DNA of 64,000 nt, taken from Spirochaetia bacterium. Its GTDB lineage: Bacteria; Spirochaetota; Spirochaetia; CADAEX01. Made by a program: the position numbers and the translations under genes. The number at the start of each line of letters is the position of its first letter. Position 1 is the stretch's first letter. The notes beneath the pieces are model-generated. The model made no database searches, was not told where the DNA came from, and saw only the letters and a list, made by a program, of their open reading frames with translations. The stretch lies in assembly GCA_963662795.1 (NCBI GenBank), contig OY759746.1:2048001-2112000 (forward strand). Direction: 5' to 3'. Below are positions 1 to 10,352 of the stretch, one piece after another.

Positions 1-221
1 ATAACAGCGGTTCAAGCGCTTCGCTCGGAGTACCTCGCTTGGCCTGCGGCAAACATCGTAGGATTTGAACTACAACTTATAGAAACAAAAAGTTTTAAAA
101 GAAAATAAATAAAAGCTTTGAGTTTTCGATTCATGTTCTACGATGCTTCGCTTAACCGCGGAACGTTATCCACAATGCCCCCCACAAGAGGAAATCGCCC
201 GGACCTCCGGCCGACGGGCGA
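1..221 (+). repeat. Long attC-like composite site (partial), core family I
   Basis: AAC 3-5, GTT 165-167, then arm GTTATCCACAATGCCCCCCAC, AAGA and CGCCCG..CGGGCG hairpin. Confidence 0.85.
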
Positions 222-277
222 GGATATGCAGTATAATATTAAATGTTATATACAATACATTATGAAGGTGTATAAGA

Positions 278-1375
278 GTGAGAAAATTAATTATTATTGG
301 AAATGGTTTTGATCTTTCACATGGTTTTGAGACTAGCTATAAGTCATTTTTGCTTTATTATCTTAATAAAGTACAATTAGAATTCTTTAAGATTCGAGAA
401 AATAACAATGATACAATATATGAGAATCCACTGATTAAGATTAAGACTTCATTAAGTAAAGAAAAAATTATGGAGAGTATAAATAATAAAAAATTATTAG
501 ACTGGTTCCAATTCTATAATGGGATGTCGTATAGTTATCAAATAAAAAAAGGGATTGTCGATGAACAATCAGTTCTTGGTTCAGATAAATATAAAAAAAT
601 AGTTATCTCTATAAAATCAAAACTTTTTGATAAAATATTTGATAAAGTGTCTTTGAATTGGGTAGATATTGAAAATGAATATTTTTCTACAATACTAGAA
701 AATATAGACGATAAAGATAGTTTGAATACAATAAATAATGATTTATCATATTTAAAAGAGCATTTAATTACGTATCTAAAAGAAATAACCCAAAATAATG
801 ATAATATAATCGAAAAAGAATATATACGCAAATTCACAGAAAATAATCCGGATGAAATTATGTTTCTAAACTTTAATTATACTAATACTATTGAAAGATA
901 TAAAAACGCAATAGTATTGAATGAAGGTAATAAATTAAATGAAGATAGTATTAAAATAAATTATATACATGGAAGTTTAGATAATTTACATGGAAAACCA
1001 ATTTTTGGTATTGGTGATGAACATCATAAAAGATATGAAGAATTAAAAAATCATGAGAACTGTTTAGCAGCTTTTAGAAATAGTAAATCAATATGTTATT
1101 TAAAGAATGGTAATTATAAAGATTTACAATATTTTTTAGGGAAATATTATGATGTTGAAATATATGGCCATTCTTGTGGATTGTCAGATCGAACACTATT
1201 GAAATATATATTTCAAAATAAAAATTGTATAAAAATTAGAATATTTCATTACAGGGGAGAAGAAGATTATTCAAATAAAACTATAGAAATATTACGTCAT
1301 TTTGATGATCCACAAATATTTAGAGATAAGGTAGAAACATATAATCCTGGTTACTCTATGAATCTAAAGAATTGA
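278..1375 (+). CDS. abiH: AbiH-family abortive infection protein
   Basis: N-terminal LIIIGNGFDLSHG, plus FLNFNYT, YIHG and YGHSCGLSD motifs typical of AbiH/SIR2-like proteins. Confidence 0.8.
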   Translation: MRKLIIIGNGFDLSHGFETSYKSFLLYYLNKVQLEFFKIRENNNDTIYENPLIKIKTSLSKEKIMESINNKKLLDWFQFYNGMSYSYQIKKGIVDEQSVLGSDKYKKIVISIKSKLFDKIFDKVSLNWVDIENEYFSTILENIDDKDSLNTINNDLSYLKEHLITYLKEITQNNDNIIEKEYIRKFTENNPDEIMFLNFNYTNTIERYKNAIVLNEGNKLNEDSIKINYIHGSLDNLHGKPIFGIGDEHHKRYEELKNHENCLAAFRNSKSICYLKNGNYKDLQYFLGKYYDVEIYGHSCGLSDRTLLKYIFQNKNCIKIRIFHYRGEEDYSNKTIEILRHFDDPQIFRDKVETYNPGYSMNLKN

Positions 1376-1415
1376 AATAGTGTACAGGTAGAATAATTAC
1401 CTGACAGGTTAATGC

Positions 1416-1688
1416 GTCTGGCCTTGGCTCCGCCGTTCGGCCTGGACAAGAAGTGGGGGCACTGGTGGATAACAGCGGTTAAAGCGCTTCGCTCGGATTA
1501 CCTCGCTTGGCCTTCGGCAAACATCGCAGGATTTGAACCACAACTGTATATAGCAACAAGTTTTCAAAAGATAGAAAATACAACTATGTGTTTGTTATTC
1601 TTAATCTACGATGCTTCGCTTAACCGCAGGACGTTATCCACAATGCCCCCACAAGATGCAATCGCCCGGACCTCCGGCCGACGGGCGA
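1416..1688 (+). repeat. Long attC-like composite site, core family I
   Basis: AAC 1471-1473, GTT 1633-1635, flanking arms and hairpins. Confidence 0.88.
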
Positions 1689-1767
1689 GGAATAAGAGAG
1701 TAAATATTTTAATATAGAAAAGCCATGTAATTTAAAATTATTTCCCAAAAAAAAGAAAAAGAAATAT

Positions 1768-1796
1768 TTGACATAATATATATCATGGTATATATT
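1768..1796 (+). promoter_or_regulatory. Putative sigma70 promoter of vapBC with overlapping palindromic operator
   Basis: TTGACA-17 nt-TATATT; inverted repeat ATAATATATA..TATATATTAT. Confidence 0.6.
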
Positions 1797-1814
1797 ATCT
1801 ATAGAGGTAATATT

Positions 1815-2045
1815 ATGAATACAGCTAAATTATTTCAGAATGGTCGATCTCAGGCTGTTCGTCTGCCTAAAGAATTTCAATTTAGTGGAGAAGAGGTTTT
1901 TATACAAAAACATGGAGACGCTGTACTTTTAATTCCTCATGAAAAAGCCTGGGAAGTATTTATGGAAGGTCTTTTAGGTTTCTCAGATGATTTTATGAAA
2001 GATGGTAGGGATCAAGGTGTAAACCAAGAAAGAGAAAGCTTCTAA
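1815..2045 (+). CDS. vapB: AbrB/MazE-type antitoxin VapB
   Basis: [19 protein letters not shown] motif; ATG 1815 follows AGAGG; overlaps toxin start. Confidence 0.9.
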   Translation: MNTAKLFQNGRSQAVRLPKEFQFSGEEVFIQKHGDAVLLIPHEKAWEVFMEGLLGFSDDFMKDGRDQGVNQERESF

Positions 2046-2446
2046 TGTACCTTCTTGACACTAATATTTGCATTTATGCAATTAATAGAAAGCCAGAGAA
2101 TGTTCTGGAGGCAATAAAAGAAAAATCTAAAAATGGAATATATATTTCAGCACTTACTGTTGCAGAATTAGAGTATGGAGTGGAAAATAGTAAACAAATA
2201 GAAAAAAACCGAATAGCTTTGTTGAAATTTATTTCAATTTTTAATATTTTAAATTTTGATGATTCAGATGCTATTCCTTATGGGAAATTAAAATCAAAAC
2301 TCAAGAAAGATGGAAAAATAATTGGACCAATAGATATGCTACTTGCAGCACAAGCGATAAGTAAAGATATGATATTTGTTACAAATAATGTTGGTGAATT
2401 TGCAAGAATTGAAGGTTTGAAAATTGAAGACTGGACAAAATATTAA
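2045..2446 (+). CDS. vapC: PIN-domain toxin VapC
   Basis: YLLDTNICI, DMLLAAQA and VTNNVGEF motifs. Confidence 0.92.
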   Translation: MYLLDTNICIYAINRKPENVLEAIKEKSKNGIYISALTVAELEYGVENSKQIEKNRIALLKFISIFNILNFDDSDAIPYGKLKSKLKKDGKIIGPIDMLLAAQAISKDMIFVTNNVGEFARIEGLKIEDWTKY

Positions 2447-2502
2447 GAATTATATTAAAAATATTTTATCAAATTAATTAAAATAGAAGAAAAAGAATCT
2501 AA

Positions 2503-2700
2503 GTCCGACCTTGGCTTCTCCATACGGCCTGAACAAGAAGGGGACGTACAACTGCAAACAGCAATTAATTCGCTACGTTCCCTTCGGTCGCTTGAACTTA
2601 ACTAAAATTCGCAGTTGAAAAGAATAAAAGAATTAAGCAAATTTTAAAAAATACAACAATTATCTGCGATGTTTAGTTTACCAACTATCGTTAAGTGGCA
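2503..2700 (+). repeat. Degenerate long attC-like site next to the recombinase 3' end
   Basis: Decayed left hairpin, arm GGGGACGTACAACTGCAAAC, AAC 2557-2559, GTT 2690-2692; right arm and hairpin missing. Confidence 0.6.
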
Positions 2701-2712
2701 TTGCACTATGCT

Positions 2713-3597
2713 TTATGATGCAAGTGGTAATTCTAATTGCTTTATGACAGTTATTTTGGGAATATCAACGTCGATTGTATCAATTGGACTTTTAATATCT
2801 AAAAGATCAAACCTTTGGGCATGTAAGTATATCATTGTAGAGTTTATTGAAGAGTGCCCTAATAGCCGCATAATATAAAATATATTTACATTATGCTCTA
2901 ATAGATGTGTTGCAAAACTATGTCTTAATGTGTGAACATGTGCTGATTTATTTATATTTGTTTTTCTAAAATATTTTTGAAAAACCTCCTGAATACGCCT
3001 TGATCTCATAGGTATAGCTTTATTTTTAAAATTAAAAAATAAATAATTAATAGGGGCATAATTTAGTATATATTCTTTTAATAATTTAATTGTATTGTCA
3101 CCAATTATTGCATATCTTTCCTTTCTATTTTTTGATTCTGATACAAATATAAGTTTTCTGTTAAAATCTATATCAGTTATTTTAAGATTTAAGCCTTCTG
3201 ATATTCGAAGTCCTGAAGAATATAGTAATGTGAATAAAGTCTTATATCTAAAATCAGAACAGTTATTTAAAAATAGTTTTATTTCTTCCTTTGTCAGAAT
3301 CGTTGGAACTTTAAATACTTTTTTAGGTCTTGGAATGGAAACAATATATTCTTTCATATTGTGAAGAGAAAAGAAAAATAAAAGAGCATTATAATAGCAA
3401 TGAATTGTGGAGAGACTATTCCCCGAATCATATAAATAAAAGAAAAATCGTCTTAACTCCTGTTTTGTTATATCTGTGGGTTTTTTATTGAAAAATAAAG
3501 CAAGTTTATGAACATAAAAGACATATATATTTATTGTTCTTTGGCTATATCCTTGTAAAGTCATTTCTTCTATCATGTGCTCACGTAAATATCCCAT
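2713..3597 (-). CDS. Tyrosine recombinase (integron-integrase-like, lacking the IntI-specific insertion)
   Basis: N-terminal GYSQRTINIY SAM-like domain; catalytic SGLRISE, SKN, HTLRH, LLGH, TMIY; C-terminal SPID; only about 28 aa from the catalytic K to YLF. Confidence 0.9.
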   Translation of the reverse strand: MGYLREHMIEEMTLQGYSQRTINIYVFYVHKLALFFNKKPTDITKQELRRFFFYLYDSGNSLSTIHCYYNALLFFFSLHNMKEYIVSIPRPKKVFKVPTILTKEEIKLFLNNCSDFRYKTLFTLLYSSGLRISEGLNLKITDIDFNRKLIFVSESKNRKERYAIIGDNTIKLLKEYILNYAPINYLFFNFKNKAIPMRSRRIQEVFQKYFRKTNINKSAHVHTLRHSFATHLLEHNVNIFYIMRLLGHSSINSTMIYLHAQRFDLLDIKSPIDTIDVDIPKITVIKQLELPLAS

Positions 3598-3738
3598 AAT
3601 TATCTCCTATAAAAAAAAAGTAATTAAGTATGGAGAATATTTGAAAATATTTAAAGGTATTATGTTATACTTTTAAAATTACACAATAAAATGTGTTAAA
3701 TATTACGAGAAAATAACTGGCAGCAAAATTAACTATAG

Positions 3739-3767
3739 ATTGTACAGGTAGAGTAATTACATGACAA
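3739..3767 (-). promoter_or_regulatory. Putative promoter of the recombinase gene
   Basis: Minus strand TTGTCA-17 nt-TACAAT about 140 nt upstream of ATG 3597. Confidence 0.55.
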
Positions 3768-3775
3768 TGAATGGA

Positions 3776-4048
3776 GTCCGGCCTTGGCTTCCAGCCGTGC
3801 GGCCTGGACAAGAAGTGGGGGCACTGGTGGATAACAGAGGATAAAGCGCTACGCTCGGAGTACCTCGCTTGGCCTGCGGCACACATCGTAGGATTTGAAC
3901 TTCAACATCTAGAAACAACCAGTTTTGAAAGAATAATAAAACAGCTTTGAATATCAATGCTTATCTTACGATGCGTCGCTTATCCTCGGGACGTTATCCA
4001 CAATGCCCCCACAAGAGAACACCGCCCGGACCTCCGGCCGACGGGCGA
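3776..4048 (+). repeat. Long attC-like composite site, core family II
   Basis: AAC 3833-3835, GTT 3993-3995. Confidence 0.88.
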
Positions 4049-4124
4049 GGAGAAGAAGCAGATAAATGATTGATGAATATTCGGAAAAGGATTATTTTGA
4101 AAATATACATAGTAGGAGAAAAAT

Positions 4125-4796
4125 GTGAATAAAAAAGAAAATGAATTATTTGAAGGATGTAAATCAGGGAATATCGAAATAGTAAAAAAAGCTTTAACAA
4201 GTGGAATTTTATCACCAAAAGCAAATGTAAATGTAAAAAATGAAAATGGAGTTACTCCTTTGATGATCGCAGCGCAGAATGGATTTTTAGAAATTGTAAA
4301 TATATTAATTACAAACGAAGCAAGTATTAATGAAAGTAGCAAGGGTGAAATGACAGCGCTCAAAATGGCTGCTTACAATGGAAATGTTGATGTTACCAAA
4401 TTATTGATAGAAAAAGGAGCCACTGGATTTAATAAAATATTGAAAACGGAATTTAAGAATTTTACAGCAAATGCAAAGCATGAATTACTGCAAGTTATAA
4501 ATATAATAAACCAAAAAATATCATCGAAAGATGCTATGCAACATATATTTAATATTGGTTTTAGATTTGATTCACAAATGAAAGGATTATTTGCTGATAA
4601 AAAATGTTATGAAGATGGAATATTTTATATGAGTGAAAATGGACTTTTAGCTCTTAAAAGAGGAGCACAAGGTGAAATAATAGCTATTGATTATATTCAA
4701 ATAAGTAATAACTTTAAAAATAGAATAACATTAATAAAACCAGTTGATGACGAACATGGAGAGATTTTATTCAATGATATAATGGAAAGCTTATAA
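4125..4796 (+). CDS. Ankyrin repeat protein
   Basis: GVTPLMIAAQNGFLEIVNIL and TALKMAAYNGNVDVTKLL repeats. Confidence 0.85.
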   Translation: MNKKENELFEGCKSGNIEIVKKALTSGILSPKANVNVKNENGVTPLMIAAQNGFLEIVNILITNEASINESSKGEMTALKMAAYNGNVDVTKLLIEKGATGFNKILKTEFKNFTANAKHELLQVINIINQKISSKDAMQHIFNIGFRFDSQMKGLFADKKCYEDGIFYMSENGLLALKRGAQGEIIAIDYIQISNNFKNRITLIKPVDDEHGEILFNDIMESL

Positions 4797-4847
4797 AATA
4801 GTTAAAAAAATTAAAATTAAACTTTTAAGTTTTAAATTGGAAAGTAA

Positions 4848-5120
4848 GTCCGGCCTTGGCTTCCAGCCGTACGGCCTGGACAAGAAGTGGGGGCACTGGT
4901 GGATAACAGCGGTTAAAGCGCTACGCTCGGAGTACCTCGCTTGGCCTGCAGCATATTTTGCTGTCATTTAAAAAGAGCGATTAATATATAATTCTTCTCT
5001 GGTTTCGAGAAAAAGTCAGAAGTGTTTTAAATGTTAACTGCAAAACATCGCTTAACCGCGGGACGTTATCCACAATGCCCCCACAAGATGCGATCGCCCG
5101 GACCTCCGGCCGACGGGCGA
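4848..5120 (+). repeat. Long attC-like composite site, core family I
   Basis: AAC 4905-4907, GTT 5065-5067. Confidence 0.88.
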
Positions 5121-5192
5121 GGAAATATGCATAATCAAATATTAGAGATAAATCATTTTTAACTGTACTCAATAGGAATAAATATTTAAAAT

Positions 5193-6467
5193 CATAGGTG
5201 TCCAAAACAAGGACTATTAATTGCCTGAAATCCCAACTATAATGAATTAAGCTTGGACGGCTAATTCTTTACAGGAAAAGGAAATCAGGCAATGAGTTAC
5301 AATAATACCATTTTAAAACAAATTCTACAAATAATTCCGAGACATGAATTTGAAAAATCTGTAAAAAAACATAAAGGGGACTTTGCTTCCAAAGGTTTTA
5401 CCTGTTGGCAGCATTTTGTCTCCATGCTCTTTGCACAACTTTCAGGACAGACCGGGTTAAGAGGCATTGAAAACTCTTTTGAATCAATCAGTAACCACCT
5501 TTATCATATGGGTGTAAAAAAGGTAAAACGCTCTACATTATCTTACGCAAATAATAATAGAAGCTGTGAAGTTTATGAAAATGTTTTCACTGATCTTCTT
5601 GATAAGATATTATCCATGAAGAGAGCGCATAAACATAAATTTAAAAATCCTCTTTACAGTGTTGATGCATCAACTATTGACTTGTGTTTAAATCTCTTTC
5701 CATGGGCAAATTTCAGAAAATATAAAGGCGGAATAAAACTTAATGTAAAACTTGACCATAGTGGATATATTCCAGCTTTTGTATCAGTTACAACTGCAAA
5801 AACACATGAAGTCAATTCCTTGAAAAAAATGGCTTTCAACAAAGGCGATGTCATCACGTTTGATCGTGGTTATACTGACTTTAAATTATTCGCAAATTAT
5901 TGTAATACCGGTATTTATTTTGTTACCAGGTTAAAAAAGAATGCTGATTATAAAATTGTCCAGAGAAAAGATACCTCCTCCTTTAAAAATATTACATCTG
6001 ATCAGATCATAGAAATGAAAGGATTTTACACCAGTAAAAAATGCCCGTTAAAATTAAGACGAATCAGAAGCAGAGATCCTGAAACCGGTAAATATATTGT
6101 AATTCTTACCAATAATTTCCTTTGGTCTCCAACAACAATTGCTGCTGTTTACAAAGACAGATGGCAGATTGAAATATTTTTTAAAACTATCAAACAGAAC
6201 CTCAAGATCAAGAAATTCTTTGGTACTTCCAGAAATGCTGTAATGACACAAATCTGGATTGCCCTAATTGCTTTTCTGTTACTTCAGTTCCTTAAAATGT
6301 TTTCATGTAGAAAATGGACTCATTTTTCACTGATGAAATTGATTCCTGTAATACTGACATCAAGAAAAGATATCTGGACTGTTCTCAATAAACCGCCTTC
6401 AGAACAGACTAAAAAAACTAGTTTCAATCTTCAACTGGAGCTGTTATGATTGTTTTGGACACCTATG
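5193..6467 (+). mobile_element. IS4-family insertion sequence, copy 1 (1275 bp)
   Basis: 18-bp terminal IR CATAGGTGTCCAAAACAA; 9-bp target duplication ATTTAAAAT. Confidence 0.93.
5292..6449 (+). CDS. IS4-family DDE transposase
   Basis: VDASTID, FDRGY and YKDRWQIEIFFK (YREK-like) motifs. Confidence 0.93.
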   Translation: MSYNNTILKQILQIIPRHEFEKSVKKHKGDFASKGFTCWQHFVSMLFAQLSGQTGLRGIENSFESISNHLYHMGVKKVKRSTLSYANNNRSCEVYENVFTDLLDKILSMKRAHKHKFKNPLYSVDASTIDLCLNLFPWANFRKYKGGIKLNVKLDHSGYIPAFVSVTTAKTHEVNSLKKMAFNKGDVITFDRGYTDFKLFANYCNTGIYFVTRLKKNADYKIVQRKDTSSFKNITSDQIIEMKGFYTSKKCPLKLRRIRSRDPETGKYIVILTNNFLWSPTTIAAVYKDRWQIEIFFKTIKQNLKIKKFFGTSRNAVMTQIWIALIAFLLLQFLKMFSCRKWTHFSLMKLIPVILTSRKDIWTVLNKPPSEQTKKTSFNLQLELL

Positions 6468-6577
6468 ATTTAAAATAATTATTAAAATACTTAAATATTA
6501 TAGAAAGAGAGATTGATTAATGACTTTTAAACAGAAAGATTTTTTAAAAACCTATGAAATATCTAGTAAAGTAATTG

Positions 6578-7852
6578 CATAGGTGTCCAAAACAAGGACT
6601 ATTAATTGCCTGAAATCCCAACTATAATGAATTAAGCTTGGACGGCTAATTCTTTACAGGAAAAGGAAATCAGGCAATGAGTTACAATAATACCATTTTA
6701 AAACAAATTCTACAAATAATTCCGAGACATGAATTTGAAAAATCTGTAAAAAAACATAAAGGGGACTTTGCTTCCAAAGGTTTTACCTGTTGGCAGCATT
6801 TTGTCTCCATGCTCTTTGCACAACTTTCAGGACAGACCGGGTTAAGAGGCATTGAAAACTCTTTTGAATCAATCAGTAACCACCTTTATCATATGGGTGT
6901 AAAAAAGGTAAAACGCTCTACATTATCTTACGCAAATAATAATAGAAGCTGTGAAGTTTATGAAAATGTTTTCACTGATCTTCTTGATAAGATATTATCC
7001 ATGAAGAGAGCGCATAAACATAAATTTAAAAATCCTCTTTACAGTGTTGATGCATCAACTATTGACTTGTGTTTAAATCTCTTTCCATGGGCAAATTTCA
7101 GAAAATATAAAGGCGGAATAAAACTTAATGTAAAACTTGACCATAGTGGATATATTCCAGCTTTTGTATCAGTTACAACTGCAAAAACACATGAAGTCAA
7201 TTCCTTGAAAAAAATGGCTTTCAACAAAGGCGATGTCATCACGTTTGATCGTGGTTATACTGACTTTAAATTATTCGCAAATTATTGTAATACCGGTATT
7301 TATTTTGTTACCAGGTTAAAAAAGAATGCTGATTATAAAATTGTCCAGAGAAAAGATACCTCCTCCTTTAAAAATATTACATCTGATCAGATCATAGAAA
7401 TGAAAGGATTTTACACCAGTAAAAAATGCCCGTTAAAATTAAGACGAATCAGAAGCAGAGATCCTGAAACCGGTAAATATATTGTAATTCTTACCAATAA
7501 TTTCCTTTGGTCTCCAACAACAATTGCTGCTGTTTACAAAGACAGATGGCAGATTGAAATATTTTTTAAAACTATCAAACAGAACCTCAAGATCAAGAAA
7601 TTCTTTGGTACTTCCAGAAATGCTGTAATGACACAAATCTGGATTGCCCTAATTGCTTTTCTGTTACTTCAGTTCCTTAAAATGTTTTCATGTAGAAAAT
7701 GGACTCATTTTTCACTGATGAAATTGATTCCTGTAATACTGACATCAAGAAAAGATATCTGGACTGTTCTCAATAAACCGCCTTCAGAACAGACTAAAAA
7801 AACTAGTTTCAATCTTCAACTGGAGCTGTTATGATTGTTTTGGACACCTATG
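6578..7852 (+). mobile_element. IS4-family insertion sequence, copy 2
   Basis: Same IRs; target duplication AAGTAATTG. Confidence 0.93.
6677..7834 (+). CDS. IS4-family DDE transposase
   Basis: Protein identical to 5292-6449. Confidence 0.93.
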   Translation: MSYNNTILKQILQIIPRHEFEKSVKKHKGDFASKGFTCWQHFVSMLFAQLSGQTGLRGIENSFESISNHLYHMGVKKVKRSTLSYANNNRSCEVYENVFTDLLDKILSMKRAHKHKFKNPLYSVDASTIDLCLNLFPWANFRKYKGGIKLNVKLDHSGYIPAFVSVTTAKTHEVNSLKKMAFNKGDVITFDRGYTDFKLFANYCNTGIYFVTRLKKNADYKIVQRKDTSSFKNITSDQIIEMKGFYTSKKCPLKLRRIRSRDPETGKYIVILTNNFLWSPTTIAAVYKDRWQIEIFFKTIKQNLKIKKFFGTSRNAVMTQIWIALIAFLLLQFLKMFSCRKWTHFSLMKLIPVILTSRKDIWTVLNKPPSEQTKKTSFNLQLELL

Positions 7853-8610
7853 AAGTAATTGAATTAATAAATTCAAGTGAAAGTAATATTTATATTATTA
7901 CTCCTTATTTGAAACCGTGGATTCAACTTGAAAGAACTCTTGAAATAGCTGCTAATAAGAAAAAAAAAGTAACCTTTATTTTAAGATCTGGTGAAGAAAA
8001 AAAAGACTTTGTTAAAAAATTGTATCAAAATTATGGTTTTGAAGTTTATATATATGAATATTTACATTTAAAATTATATACTGCAGATAATAAAGCAATT
8101 TTCTCATCTATGAATCTTTATGATAGTTCAAATGAAAAAAATATAGAAATGGGGTTAATAATTAATTTTTCACCAAAAGATTATATAACTTTTAAAAAAG
8201 AATATATTTATGAAAACATTTTTATGAGCAATCCACAATTTTACTTTAAAGGAAATTTTGAAAATGAGTATTTTAAATATCAAAACAATGAAAAACAAGC
8301 GTTAAATGAATTTGGTAAAATTGGATATTGTATAGTTTGTGGTAAGAAAATTGATCATCTCAAAAATTCAAATAAATATGAACCTTACTATACCAGATGT
8401 GAAGAGTGTTATTTCAAAAATCCAAATCTAAATAATTATTATGATAAAAAAGTAAATTATTGTTATATTTGTGGAGAAAAAGGTAATTATATAATTGGGA
8501 AGCCATTTCATGAAAACTGTATTAAAACATTGAAAAGTTTAAGACCTTATTAAATCTATTCATAATAAATATAGGTGTACAGGTAGAGTAATTACCTGAC
8601 AACGCAAGTA

Positions 8611-8886
8611 GTCCGGCCTTGGCTTCCAGCCGTACGGCCTGGACAAGAAGTGGGGGCACTGGTGGATAACAGCGGTTAAAGCGCTACGCTCGGAGTACCT
8701 CGCTTGGCCTACGGCAAACATCGTAGGATTTTATCTACAGCTATTGGGAACATCAAGTTTTAAAAGAAAGAAATATTTAGATTTTTATTTATTATTCTTG
8801 GTCTACGATGCTTCGCTTAACCGCGGGACGTTATCGGCAATGGCTGGGCGAAGAGGACACCGCCCGGACCTCCGGCCCACGGGCGA
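8611..8886 (+). repeat. Long attC-like composite site, core family I
   Basis: AAC 8668-8670, GTT 8830-8832. Confidence 0.88.
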
Positions 8887-8934
8887 AGAAAATATTCAAA
8901 CCAAAACGATTATAAAAATAAAGGAAGTTGAATA

Positions 8935-9333
8935 ATGATTAAAAACTATTATTATTTTGTAGTAGGATTACTTTCAATACTTTTTGCGATTACACATGCA
9001 CTAAATGGACAAGCTGTAATTTTACCTTCTCTTGAAATTGAATTAATAAGCATAGAAATTAAAACTATATTCTTTTATGTGTGGCATATTATATCAGCCG
9101 AGAACATGGTGTTTGGAATATCTTTTTTAATTATGGCATTTTATAAGAAACTGGAAAAAGTCAGATTTACAGCTTTTATTATAGCTGGTTTAATGGTTAT
9201 AAGATGGATTGTAATATTTTATGGAACTTTTCTGTATAACCGTCAAGGACTGGGAAGTATAACAATCGATACTGTTGCAATTATAATATTTACTGCGCTC
9301 ATTATTTTGGGAACAAGAGTTAAAGATAAGTAA
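8935..9333 (+). CDS. Hypothetical integral membrane protein
   Basis: Four hydrophobic segments; conserved paralog at 51237-51638. Confidence 0.8.
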   Translation: MIKNYYYFVVGLLSILFAITHALNGQAVILPSLEIELISIEIKTIFFYVWHIISAENMVFGISFLIMAFYKKLEKVRFTAFIIAGLMVIRWIVIFYGTFLYNRQGLGSITIDTVAIIIFTALIILGTRVKDK

Positions 9334-9410
9334 AATATTAGAAATTGAAAACAACATGAGTTGAAAGGAAATAGAACAGTATTTATGATTATGGCAGAGA
9401 AGAGGATAAA

Positions 9411-9962
9411 ATGAATACAGCATTGATAATTATTGATGTTCAAAATGATTATTTTACTGGCGGAAGAAAAGAACTAAAAGGAAGTCTTGAAGCTTTAGGA
9501 AATATTCAAAAAGTTATTAAAAATTGCAGAGAAAAAGATTATAAAATCATCTTTATCAAACATATAGCAATTAAACCAACAGCAACATTTTTTATAAATG
9601 GAACAAGTGGAGTTGAAATTCATAAAGGAATAGAGCCCGAAGAAAATGATGAGATCATAATAAAAAATTATCCTAATAGTTTTCGAGAGACAGTTTTAAA
9701 AGAAGTGTTAAGTAGAAATCAGATTACGGATTTAGTTTTTACTGGAATGATGACTCAAATGTGCGTAGATACAACAGTCAGGGCAGCTTTTGATTTAGGA
9801 TATAGCAGTATTTTAATTTCAGATTGTTGTGCAACATTGGATTTAACCTACGAAAATGAAATGATTAAAGCCAAAGAAGTTCAAAATGCATATCTTGCAG
9901 CTTTGAATGGAACATTTTGTAAAATAAAGACAACAGAAGATTTTATAGAACAAAATAAATAA
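9411..9962 (+). CDS. Isochorismatase-family cysteine hydrolase
   Basis: ALIIIDVQNDYF, K..PNSF and GMMTQMCVDTTVR motifs. Confidence 0.9.
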   Translation: MNTALIIIDVQNDYFTGGRKELKGSLEALGNIQKVIKNCREKDYKIIFIKHIAIKPTATFFINGTSGVEIHKGIEPEENDEIIIKNYPNSFRETVLKEVLSRNQITDLVFTGMMTQMCVDTTVRAAFDLGYSSILISDCCATLDLTYENEMIKAKEVQNAYLAALNGTFCKIKTTEDFIEQNK

Positions 9963-9996
9963 ATTCTGGTTTGAAGAAGAATTTACGAAAGAAGAA

Positions 9997-10287
9997 GTCC
10001 GGCCTTGGCGGTGCCGTGCGGCCTGGACAAGAAGCCCAGCCACAGCCGATAACAGCGATTATTTCGCTGCGCTCCTTGTGGTCGCTTGGGCTCCTGCCAG
10101 TTGAGCTGGCAGATCGCCATATTTTGTTTTCATAAAACCGGAACAACATGTGTTTTATGCTTTTCAAGTTTGTAAAACCCAAATAAAAGTATTTTAGAGT
10201 TTAGTCACAAAACATCGAATAATCGCGAGACGTTATCCACAATATCATCGCAAGATGACACCGCCCGGACCTCCGGCCAACGGGCGA
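9997..10287 (+). repeat. Long attC-like composite site, core family III
   Basis: AAC 10051-10053, GTT 10232-10234. Confidence 0.88.
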
Positions 10288-10352
10288 AGAGTAGAAAAAG
10301 ACATAATGGTTAACCAATTAAACCGATACATTCAAAGAAAGCAGAGGAATAT

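Larger units (their letters stand above)
6520..8553 (+). pseudogene. Phospholipase D-like (HxK) nuclease with C-terminal CxxC motifs, interrupted by IS4 copy 2
   Basis: ATG 6520 (MTFKQKDFLKTYEISSKVI) rejoins ORF 7831-8553 in frame once the IS is removed; ITPY and HLKLY..SSMNL motifs. Confidence 0.75.

Noticed and set aside
2713-3597. Naming the recombinase intI or xerC/xerD
   Set aside because: It lacks the IntI insertion, and its N-terminus and context do not fit housekeeping Xer; left unnamed pending HMM search and phylogeny
3598-3775. Primary attI site upstream of the recombinase (GTTATAC near 3664, GTTAAAT near 3695)
   Set aside because: GTT motifs are common in AT-rich DNA, and no cassette start arm follows either
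5193-7852. Composite transposon made of IS4 copies 1 and 2
   Set aside because: Each copy has its own 9-bp target duplication, indicating independent insertions
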